From Pavona decussata (Eukaryota): a DNA stretch of 64,000 bases. The translations under genes were made by a program, and so were the position numbers. Location: the NCBI GenBank assembly GCA_977016875.1, contig CDRNST010000004.1:682001-746000 (forward strand), written 5' to 3'. This document shows, one piece after another, positions 13,001 through 25,000 of the stretch. Position 1 is the first letter of the stretch; each line of letters begins with the position of its first letter. Below the pieces are notes generated by a model that saw only the letters and a list, made by a program, of their open reading frames with translations, had not been told where the DNA came from and made no database searches.

Positions 13001-16000
13001 GTTCGTGACATGTTGCTCGACAAAACAAGAAGTTTAAACGCTGTACACGAAGAGTTTACTTCTTATTTACAGTTGATTGTTCTTCGTTACAGCCACGTTT
13101 TCGTTCTCGTAAACAGTCACTCAGCTTTCCACTGCTATGAATGAGTGTATGATATCTACAGCGTCGGCTAACAGCGAATTACTCGCACCCTCACTAGGCG
13201 CACTTTAGCAGTCTGCGAAAAGCGTCTCTAAATTGTTCATTTCTCCAGCCGTAGATAAAAGGACCACAAACGGCGTTTAAACAAAATGCAAGGGCGTGAA
13301 CGATGTGCTTAATATATTTGATCTCTCGGTGATAATCATCATCAGGCAGCTTGTCGAAAAAACGAAGGCTTGTAGAGATCAAGAGGGGGACAATACCGAG
13401 AAGGCACACTGCCACAACAATGGCGAGAGTGCGAGCGCCTTTCATTTCACGCTTAATGGTGGAAATATCTGGGAAGTTGCCTTGCTCCCTGATCTGTTTT
13501 CTGTGCTTTTTGGACACAAGAAAGATGTAGCCATACGAGCATAGAATGATCACCAGAGGGATGACAAACATAGTCGTGACCATGAAGATCAGATACCCTT
13601 TGATTAACGAATGGCATTTTTTTGGCTTGTAGGATGGATGCATAGCATGAACAAGGTGTTTGTAGGCGTCGTTGTTGCTCGCTCTAAGCGCCTGTGGAAA
13701 GACCAGGATGACAGCCACAGCCCACAGCCAAACCGAGATGGACGCGAACAGCGCTCGGCGATAAGTCACTATGGTGTGGTATCTCAAGGAGAACTTGATG
13801 GCGATAAAACGTTCAACGCTGATCAACGCGAGATGAAGGATAATGACAGCGGTGAGTGTGAAGCTGAACGGTGCCTCTACCATGCAAACACTCTTCAGCA
13901 TATCGACATCACGAGAGCTTAGATACAGAGACAGTTTACTAATGTTTATGATAAAAGAGACCACTATTAAACTGTCCGCGGTGCACAAACTCACCAGAAT
14001 TACATTGGACGCAGTTCGCAGGCTGGAAAATTTGTAAAAGGCTATGATCACCAACGAATTTCCGCATACGGCAGCGATTATCACAACGCATTTTACGCTG
14101 ATTATAAATGGGATCACCGTTTCTTCAAGGTAAAAATTAGTACAATTCGTACGTGTTCCGTTACAATTCCCTTCTTGTTGGTCCGTCGAATTATTACCGG
14201 CCATGATGTAACTGTGTGGGTCGCTGAAGAGATGGGGCGTGAAGGACAACAGACCGAGTTTAGCATCAGTTATGTTTTCTATAATTTTTCTTCGCTACCA
14301 GCTTTTAGAATTAACCAGACCACTTAAATGCCAACTGCTTGAGGCTGATGTCAACTTTTGAATTAGACAACTACACATTAGCATTTATAAGTAATACGCT
14401 CGGTACCATATGCTCTTTTTTTAGCAAAACAATAAGATGGAATAAAAACTGGATTTCTTTCGGACTAATTCTATAAGTAAGAGAAAATCTTCAACTCGTG
14501 TCACGTACTTCCACTTTTTATCTACTTTTTCATCAAAAGTAACGGTAACATAATGGTTTACTTTTTTTATGTATTTTTAGATTTTAAACTGACTCACTGT
14601 CTTATAATTGTCAGATTAATTTTTAAACGGAGACGCATTAAGCGCTTAATGACAATTATTGTCAAATTTGTCGCATAAAATGGAGATATGACTGACAATG
14701 ACAAACTATATAACAACCTAAAATAAACTAGATTCGAATAGCATTGCTTTATACTTTTTGTTCTCAGCAACCTGGCGTTTGAATGGAAGAGACGCTAGAG
14801 TGGACTGAGTTTTCACACAAAACCCGGACTTAGTTTTGATACAAAACCTTCCTTCTTTTCAGACTCTTGGTGGACTGAGTGTTGGGCGACTAAATCAGGA
14901 TATTTACAGACTAAATGAGTAGTGCATATAAGCAGCCAGAGATATGGGAGATTCCAGAAATTAACAAAAACAATTTTCCGTGTTCCTTTCGACTAAAGTT
15001 GTTCATTCATCCTGGAAAATAATTATCGAATCGCTTTAGGTTAGGATAAGATGTATTCATGGGTACATTCTTTACACAACAAGGAAAGGTGTTTAAGCCT
15101 GATTAATGCCACGAGCGAAGAGAGCGAACTACTTAAATGGTATTTATGATTTTATTACGAATTTTAGATCACCATGAGAAAAATTTCGGGTTTGTGGTCA
15201 GGTGACTTAAAATGTCATTCATCTGTTAATTGCAAGTGAACGGCGAACGGAAACATCGGGTGGGGAAGCTTTTGGGTAAAACATGATAAGAGAAGCAAAT
15301 CACGATGATTGAGCGTAAGTTTAATGTACAGTTACAGGAGCGAATTCTTATTGGCTCCTGCCGCTCATAAATAAAAAATATTGGAAAAATACTTATTCGG
15401 TCCGGCAAGTTATTGGGGCTTCAGGGAAACGGGCCCTTGGCGTTAGCGGCCTATGTCCTAGGAGGCCATCGTTTTCTATGGGAGATGGGACGTAAGCGGC
15501 CCAATGACAGGAAAAGGTTCGAGATTATTGCATTTTGTTAGCCTGTTTCAAATAGGCATTAGCGCTATCCGTCTAACAATACAGCTACTTAATATGGAGG
15601 GTCGAGCTATTTGTTTGACCTTTTTAGAGACATTGCCTGTGTTTTTTTATTTTTAAAGCAACTGTACCGAGTCAGTATGTTAAAATGTTTTCCACGTTCC
15701 CTGTTTTTGGAAAGTGCTGTTAAAGTTTAGACAGCTAGCAACACGCGACTTACATAAGAATTGTCTCTTCTCCAGAAAATCCTTTCTTCTTTATCAACGG
15801 CAAATACACTTCACACTACATCGGCGTGTTGTATCTTCCCTCACACCTCAAAAGGTTCCATTTTAATTCCATGGAGACAAAGTGTTTTTTTACAATTTTA
15901 TAACCAATGAAAATTTATGTTTTCCCATAAAGATATGGAAACATGGTTTTCACAGCAACAAACGATAGCTCAAAAAACAGAGGTAAGCCCAAAGAAACGC

Positions 16001-19000
16001 TTCGAGACTGTGACGAACTTTATGATTCATAGAGGAAAGTTTTTTGACAAAATCTGTAAATGCCTTATTGTCAACTTATGCTGCTGCTCTACTCAAACCT
16101 TGGTAGCCAGGATCATTATATATTCCGTATAGCACCTAATTGCATTCCAAGAGACATCTCACAAGCTACGAAAACGTGCATTCATAGCAAGAAGACATCA
16201 AACACTTGCATTTACAGCGAAATTACATCAAAGGGGAGCAATTGTGCTCCCCTGGATCACAAGTAAATGACAGTTTTCAGAATATAGTAATTTACTTCCC
16301 GCACGCAACCTGAGTTCCGCTTAGTCACCCAAGGTAACTAGACTTGGTTACTTCAGTTTGTGTTTTTGCAACATTCGTCTCCGCGCTGAGCATTGATCGT
16401 ATAATTTTAAGAGTAAAATAACCACTGATACCTGAATTACTCTTTCCCCGCATTTCACGAGCGTTAAGTTTGTGAAAAAATCAAATTATGTGCAAAACAT
16501 TACAGACAGTAAAGCAAGTCATTCTATTATCCCCAGAAACCACAATTAATGACGCGCTTTTTAATTCGCTCTGGCGAAGGGCTAACGCTCGAAACGTCTG
16601 CACTCGAATCTCTTTACGGAGGCCAACCTGCACTTCTCGACTGTGACTTGAAATCCCTTTCTCTGACACCTTTTAAATAATGTTTGTTATAATAATGACT
16701 GGCAGGAGAGTACTCGGCTGGATTTTACATCCAATTTAAAGTATTGCAAAAATAGATAGATAGTTTATTAGGAAATTACTTCGCAGCCAAAAGGCTGAAT
16801 TGCGTAATTTGAAAATGTTGAGAATATAATATATATAATATGAAACATGAGTTAATGTGTTATAAATACAAATTATTTAACTCTAAATAGGTGATCTGTA
16901 GGGAAACTTAAATTATATCAAGTATTCCTCCCCCACCCCTCCCCTCCCCCCCCCCCCCCCTCAGGAAAAAATTGAACTTCATACCCGACAGGTGCTTGCA
17001 AGGCGAAAAGCTATCGTACTTATTTTATCATTGGAATATGCAAAGACGCAATAGCGTTCTTTGGTTAAAATAATACACAGTTTGAATTTTTTTCAGTTCA
17101 TATCCTCGGACAAAAAAATCAAGCACACGTTTGCTTCAATAAATAATTGGGTAACATGACTGACTAAACCGGCTGCGAAGACAGACAATGTAAAGTTTCA
17201 GCTGAAAACATGTTTTTTTTTTTTCTCCTACTTTTCTATCCTGAGGAAGCTTTAGTTTTTGCTCAGAATTATAAAAAGTTCCACAACAGGTAGAGATACA
17301 GAAAAAGCATTTTGAATGCGAAGCTTAAGTGAATTGATTCAATATTGGACTTAATACAAGTGAGCTGATATGGATAATTGTTTATTTTCTATGAATACGT
17401 GGGTTCTCAAACTTCACACGCACGAAACCTAACAGCTGTTTAATGTCAGGTAGAAATATTTGCTTTTATCTCCCGCTTTTCGATCCTGAGAAAGCTTTGG
17501 ATTTCGATACGAAATATAAAAAGCATTAAAGCAGGTATAGATAGGCGGAAAGCATGCACAATTAGAAGTGAATGGATAATTTATGAACAAGCAGTTTCAA
17601 TATTGAACTTGAGGCACGTTAGGCAATAAATCATTGTTTATTTTCAACGACAGCTCCATGGGCTTCGCCATGTAAAACGCACGAGAACCCAAAGGTGGCA
17701 CTGGCACTCCTAAGCCTCTCGATGGCTTTCGTCTTGGTCGCTGCGTTTTGGGTCACGCGGTCCAATTGAAAAAGCGTTCGTCTCGGATACGTCACCGAAA
17801 CGAATTAACCGTGATCGAGGGCCTGCGAAAAAGTCATATAGGAACCCACCAGGGTGTTACAGGCAAAGACAGCTCGCGGAAAGTGTACGAGTTCAGATAG
17901 AATTGCATAGCTATTAGAATTCTCGCCATCTGGTTGGCTATCGAGGCGAGGAATTCAGAGTGGAATTGCGAGTTGAAAGCGAGGTTGACCGATATTGCAC
18001 CATAGCAACGCGTAGCCTCTCATAGCAACGCAGGCAAAATTGGAAACAATTATGTTTTCAAAACATTTGTCTCCATTTACAAAGCAATAAGCTGACCGAA
18101 GTGAGGAAACAGAAGATTTTCCTTGTTTTAATTTAAATTATGACTTCCTCGAGAGATTTTCTAAGACGCCGCATACGCTTACGAGCACGAGAAATCGGCA
18201 GCAGTCTATCGCGAAAGAAAAAATGGCGGAAGGAAGAGAAACGAGCAAAAGCTATGCGATTCAAGAAAAATTCACCACCTGACTCGTGAATTCCACGTTC
18301 AATTTCACTTGAAAAACCGATATCGGTTTTTCGCGTTTTTCGACTCGGTAGGAAAACGTAGAAGAAATGAAACAAAACAAGCAAACAAACAAACAAATAA
18401 AACGCTTATCAACAAATACACGAGCACTTAATACATTTTAATCTAACGGTGATAAAATTGTGATAAACTTAGAAGATTCATTTTTCATGCACGTTCTATT
18501 TTGATTCCTCAGCTAAACAATGAGAGAGACTGATTTTTGTTGAATGTTTTACAAACAGCTTGCCTTTCTCTTCCTTTACTACGGCAATATGGAAAACTTA
18601 AATGCCATTATTATACATTTTCAAGCTAATCTCGTAGCCAGATCTCATTTGGTTCGGGAATGTCAAAATGTGAGAAATGTTACTTTATTATGAGATATTT
18701 CTGGAAAAAAACGTGGTTACCCACGACTTTCTTTTTGATTCCAGTAACACTTGTACAATTTAGCATATCCAGGCGACGAGCAAACTTTGTGGCAAGGTGC
18801 TTGTTATTGAATAACGAGCCTAATAAGCTCTGAGAAACCAAACACTATTAAATTGGAATCCGTCTCATCTGACTAATAAAGTTATACTGTGACAAAGAAA
18901 ATATCCTGCCTTCGGAAGGTGTACTTCCCTCGCTCATTTATACAATATTCCAAGTTGTTTGTTTAGTAGCTATATATAGTACAATGAATAAAGTCATTAA

Positions 19001-22000
19001 GTAGTTTTTGAATATTGAAAGATATTTGTGTACAACAGCCTTTTAAGTCGATTTCCGTGTCTACGTTTTACAAAGCTGTAATGTTCATTTTTAACCTTTC
19101 AGTCATCTAAGACTGTCCATTCATTTTAACTGAACTATGTATAATAACCAATCTTACTACGACAGTGTTTTGGAACTTTTATGACCTTCTACTGACGTTA
19201 TTTGACTCAGGCTAAATATTTACAGCTGTACGATTGGCTTCAATTGTGTACGGGTACTATGAATCAGTCATTTAAAATGTGTATTTTTACATTTCTGTAA
19301 GCTTGTGAAATGTTTCCTTTTGTTAGCTATGAGTGCCATATCGTAAGTCGTCGCAGGTGTGGGCAACTTAAAACAAAAGGACCCACGAACAAAATGATGC
19401 TTTTAACTTTTATCTAGAACAAATTCTTCTTCGTAACAGCTAGCTTCTTCCCGCGAATACCGTGGTTTATTCCGCTATCACCAGCATGTGCTGTTATCAG
19501 CCGTTGCCTAACAGCGAAATATTCCCTTGCACGCCAGCCAAAGAGTTTAGCACACTTTAATAAACCGCGAAAATTGCTTCTGAATTGTTTTCATTTCTCC
19601 ATTTTAGTTACAGCAGATGGCGATAAAACCAAATGCAACTTCGAAGACTATTTTAAATGTTTTCGCCGTTTTACAGCTGTGTTATTAGATTTATGTGTAA
19701 CAGTACTAGCTATGAATGAGTCATTTAAATTTCTAAGCTTGCTTGTAAACCTTTTTCGCGACGATCACTGTTCGTGACATGTTGCTCGCAAAACAAGAGG
19801 AAGTTTAAACGCTGTACACGAAGACCTTCTTATCTATAGTTGATTGTTCTTCGTTACAGCCACGTTTTCCTTCTCGTAAACAGTCACTCAGCTTTCCACT
19901 GCTTTTAATGAGTGTGTGATGTCCACAGCGTCAGCTAACAGCGAAATAGTCGAAATAGTTGCACCCTCACTAGGCGCACTTCAGCAGTCTGCGAAAAGCC
20001 TCCCTAAATTGTTCATTTCTCCAGCCGTAGATAACAGGATTACAAACGGCGTTTAAACAAAATGCAAAGGCGTGAACGATGTACTTAAAATATTTGAGCT
20101 TTCGCCGGCGACAATCATCATCAGGCAGCTTACCGAAAAAACGAAGGCTTGTAGTGATCAAGAGTGGGACGATACTGAGAAGACACACTACCACAACAAT
20201 GGCAAGAGTGCGAGCGCCTTTCATTTCACGCTTAATGGAAATATCTGGGAAGTTGCCTTGGTCTCTGATCTGTTTTCGGTGCTTGTTTGACACAAGAAAG
20301 GTGTAGCCATACGAGCATAGAATGATCACCAGAGGGATGACAAGCATGGAGGTGACCAAGAAGATCAGATACCCGTTGGTTAACGCCGGTGTCGACCCGC
20401 GCGAATGCGATTTCTTTTGCTTGTGGCATGGATGCATCGCATGAACAAGGTCTCCGTAGGCGTCGTTGTTGCTCGCCCTAAGCGCCTGTGGAAAGACAAG
20501 GGTGACAGCTACAGCCCACAGCCAAACCGCGATGGACGCGAACAGCGCTCGGCGATTAGTCACTATGGTGTGGTATCTCAAGGAGAACTTGATGGCGATA
20601 AAACGTTCAACGCTGATCAACGCGAGATGAAGGATAATGACAGCGGTGAGTGTGAAGCTGAACGATGCCTCTACCTTGCAAACACTCTTCAGCATATGGA
20701 CATCATGAGAGCTTAGAAATGCAGACAGTGTACTAATGTTTATGATAAAAGAGATCACTATTAAACTGTCCGCGGTGCACAAACTCACCAGAATTACATT
20801 GGACGCAGTTCGCAGGCTGGAAAATTTGTAAAAGGCTATGATCACCAACGAATTTCCGCATACGGCCGCGATTATCACAACGCATTGTATGCTGATTCTG
20901 ATAAATGGGATCACCGTTTCTTCGATGTGAAAATTTGTAGAATTCGTACTTGTTTCGTTACAATTCCCTTCTTGTTGGTCCGTCGAATAATTACCGTCCA
21001 TGATGTAACTGTGTGGGTCGCTGAAGAGAAGTGACTTGAAGGACAACAGACCGAGTTTAGCATCAGTTTCGTTTTCTATAATTTTTCGTCACTACTAGCT
21101 TTTAGAATTAAACAGACCACTTAAATGCCATCTGCTTGAGGATGATGTCAAATTTTGAATAAGACAACTGCACATTAGCATTTATAAGTTATAACGCTCG
21201 GTACCATATGTTCTCTTTTAGCAAAATAATAAGATGGGATAAAAACTGTATTTCTTTCGGACTAAGAGAAAATCTTCAACTCGTGTCACGTACTTGCACT
21301 TTTTTGTGGTTTCAGCTTTGTAGCTTAGCTGAAACCTACATGGTCATCGTGTAATGTATTAAAGTAAGAAAGAAAGTAAGCAAGTCCATTTTCCGTAAAG
21401 GTTCAGAATGCCGAAGGTTCGCCACGACAGGTTCACGAGATCTTGGTCGGCTTTTATTCGTACGGAAGATCCTTGTATTCAATTCAAAATGACTGCCGCG
21501 TCTCTCATGCGTGGATTTTCACGGTGGCAGTTTATGGTTCTTGGAAGGAAAACACAGGTTTTTAACACTGTAAATCAAAAGAACAACTTCTATGGAACAC
21601 TCGGCTGCTTAAAAAGAGGAAATCAGTAAGTTAATAGCGAAGAAATTCCTTTTCGAGATTGTGTCAAGGCGAAACATGTGCGATCGTAAACAAGATCTGC
21701 AAATCATCCCATGAGCAGTAGACGTTCCGCGCACAGGGCCCCCACACAAGCTGTGTGACCGTTTCAATTTTGAATTTATAGAGGAAATGTATGGGAATGT
21801 CGAAAATCCTCGTATTATCGTACTAGATTACGATAAATATTCTCATTTAACATCAAAATAAACGTATTTTTACTTAAATGTTGTGTGTTGTCGTTCTTGT
21901 GGTTGAAAACGGCAATTTTAGCGATTTGAAGGGTTCGGCCTTGGACGTTCGCTCGAGTGTTGTCTCTCTACTATTACAGTCAACCCAGGTCACGCGTGAA

Positions 22001-25000
22001 CAGAATTTCCAAGAATGAAATGAACATTCGACTTTCTCTTTGTAATGTCCGACGTGTGAATGGAATGTTGGACATTTCTCTAAAAATCGTTCCGAAAAAG
22101 ACGCATTAACTGAAAAAAAAGATTCAAAATACTTGAGAAACAATTGTTATTCTTGAAATATTCAATTTTGCAATGTAAAGAAAAATGCATAGCTTTATCC
22201 TGTCAATAAGCTAGGGAAATTTATGCGGGAACCCCGAAATCTCGTTGGCGATGTTCAAAACTGACATGTAAATTTCAAAACTCCGTTCAAATTTCGAAAA
22301 TACCGTTCACGCGTGACCTGGGTTGACTGTAAACTCGAGTGAACGTCCAACACCGAACCCTTCAAATCGCTGAAACGTGCAAAACATAACAGACAGTAAA
22401 GCAAGGCAGTCTATTATCCCCAGAAACCACAATTGATGACGCGCCTTTTAATTCGTGCTGGCGAAGGGCTAACGCTCGAAACGTCTGCACTCGAATCATT
22501 GTAATTCTCGACGATTCTTGACTGTGACTTGAAATCCCTTTCTGTGACACCTTTTAAATAATGTTTGTTATTATAATGGTAGTATCGAGAACGAAGACCG
22601 AAGCACGAAGCACCCCAAAACTCGAAAACGAAGCACTCTAAAACTCGAAAACGAAGCACCCTAGGTCGAAAATGAAGCGAGTAGGTCGAAAACGAAGCAT
22701 CCAGTTTTTTTTTTGTTGTTGTTTATTCAAGGTCGAAATTTAGTCACCAATCAAGTACGATAACCGATAGAGTGCTGCGCAAAACTATTCAACTGCGAGG
22801 TGCTTCGTTTTCGAGTTTTGGGATGCTTCGTTTTCGACCTTACTTACCTTGGATGCTTCCTTTTTCGAGTTTTTGGGGTGCTTCGTGCTTGGGTCTTCGT
22901 TTTCGAAACCACCTTATTATAATGGCTGGCAGGAGTACTCGGCTGGATTTTAAATCCAATTTAAAGTATTGCATAAATAGATAGATAGTTTATTAGAAAA
23001 TTACTCCGCAGCCGAAAGGCTGAATTGCGTAACTTACAAATGTTGAGAATATACTATATATAAATAAGAAACGTGAATTAATATGCTATAAATACAAAAT
23101 CATAAAACTATAAATTCAATATTATCCAAAAGGGCCATACTAAAAAATGTGAATGTGTAAATCAGTATATGCAACAACTGTGTAGACCTATGTATTATTA
23201 TGTAATGTTAGGATTTCTTGCGAGGGGAGCGGACGGCGATGTCGCTGGGTCTCGCAAATCTTACCCCTATGCAGTCGTCCCTGTTCCCCCATCCCCGGGT
23301 CCGTCAGTGATTTTAGCATATAGTTTAGGCTTTAAACCTACTGAGCAAGAAATGTGAATAAGGAGTGTCCGGTAAACAAATGTCTGGTTTTACTGTTACG
23401 TTCACTATCGTTTTTATCTGTATTCAGCTAATTTGGCTTACCGTCTGATAGAATCATTCCAGGCATGAGAATCTTCTCGTCTTCTATAGGAAATCCTGGG
23501 GCTATACACTGCGGCCCTGCATGAAAATGAAAGTAAAGTTTGACGATATCTGAAAAATTAGATATCCGGAGACAGGTCTGGGCATTCTTAATGATCATGG
23601 GTTTGTTTCCTTAGCGCATGACAAATTGGTGTGCCTCCTTTGTACGTGACAGTTTACCTACTGTGTGCGGTATTCGTTTATTCGTCGTTTAAAAAGGTAA
23701 CAGGACGGATCACTCTCAAAAATTTTCGATGTTGCCGTCCAGGTTGGGAAAACACTCGGATGCAATTCATGTGCAGATTTTGTGATTTGTTAGAAGTAGG
23801 TCCTTCGTGCTCCACGCTTGAACTGTGATGGGCATTACCTACTTACGGACAGTGCCTACTTTTGTTAATGCGCATACGTTCTGCGCATCTCGAGATACTC
23901 CGGTTTCCTATGGGTGGTGGCTACTAATACAGGGATAGTTTTGCGCGGTTTAAAATTATGCGGAGAAAGCAGAACTTAGCAGGTGCTTTTGGTATCCAAG
24001 AAGAAAGTTGGGGGTAACCATACATTTTTCAGGGAAATAAAGCTTCAATTTGATAAAAAATAATTCCATACATTGCTTTGTATTTTAGCACTTTTTAAAA
24101 TTATAGATTAATTAACTCTAAAAAATGCTTGGTTACCCCCAATTTTTTTGGATTCCTATAGCCCTTGCTAAGATCTGCTTTCCCCGTATAGTCATCAGCA
24201 AACTGCGCAAAAAATACCTCAGTATTAGTAGGCACCGTCCTTAAGTCATATGTTGAATACCTTCGTGTACGTTAAGGAAATGTCCGATTCCGTGTCCAGT
24301 ACCATGTCGATAATCCAATCCTATTTTCCACAAAGGCTCTCGTGCAAACACATCTAATGTCCTCCCTAAATGAACAAAAAAAGGAAGGTGGAGCGTAATA
24401 AGGAAAAGTTACAAACAATGCTGAGACTTTGTAACAAAGGAAGGTACAAGAATTGGAACATATGTTGAGACGATGTTTTAAACTATAAAATCAATTTAGT
24501 TACATTTTGCGCTACTACGTTTGGAGTTATGTTCTTATATTGAATTTTGCGTGAAAAGTTTTTACATTTTGCGCTAAGAGTGGTCGCATTTTGGGATACC
24601 ATTACAACACGCATCAGTGATTACATTTTGTGGGGTAACGAGCGTTTATCACATATGTATCAGTCTAACACAGGTTTGCCTAAAAAATAGGCAGTAATTA
24701 ACAAACTTCATTTTTTCTTTTTTCTAATCTGTTGTGAATTAAATATTGTAAACTGAAAATTTTGAGGGATAACTACTACTGTAGTTAGTAATATCTGAGC
24801 CATTATTTCTTACCGTACGTGTCATTAGGAAACACTGCATTAGCAATGTCCATATGTCCTTTTAAAACTCTTGTGTAACAATCCTGGTGAAGACATAAAC
24901 ATTTGTCGTTAGCGAGGGTAGTAAAGTATACATTTGTCGCTAAGTGGTTTTACACCCAAGCATTTCTTCATCACTCACGCACTACCCTCGATCTGAAAGG

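Larger units (their letters stand above)
10768..23098. repeat. ~6.1-kb tandem segmental duplication (units ~10768-16872 and ~17020-23098), each carrying one GPCR
   Basis: Colinear similarity of 10768-14519 with 17020-21304, and of ~16489-16872 with ~22377-23098, interrupted by copy-specific insertions. Confidence 0.9.

Noticed and set aside
14205-14249. N-terminal extension [15 protein letters not shown] of the GPCR (and 21002-21046)
   Set aside because: Starts at TTG and overlaps a pyrimidine tract plus AG splice acceptor.
14383-14389. TATA box upstream of the GPCRs (also ~21180-21186)
   Set aside because: Probably lies within a 5' UTR intron, given the acceptor near the ATG; unsupported in AT-rich DNA.
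13296-20716. + strand ORFs conserved in both GPCR copies
   Set aside because: Antisense shadows of the GPCR coding sequence, shared only because of the duplication.
21020-23442. In-frame peptidase-GPCR fusion protein
   Set aside because: A phase-1 donor plus 19 nt to the ATG puts the GPCR out of frame.
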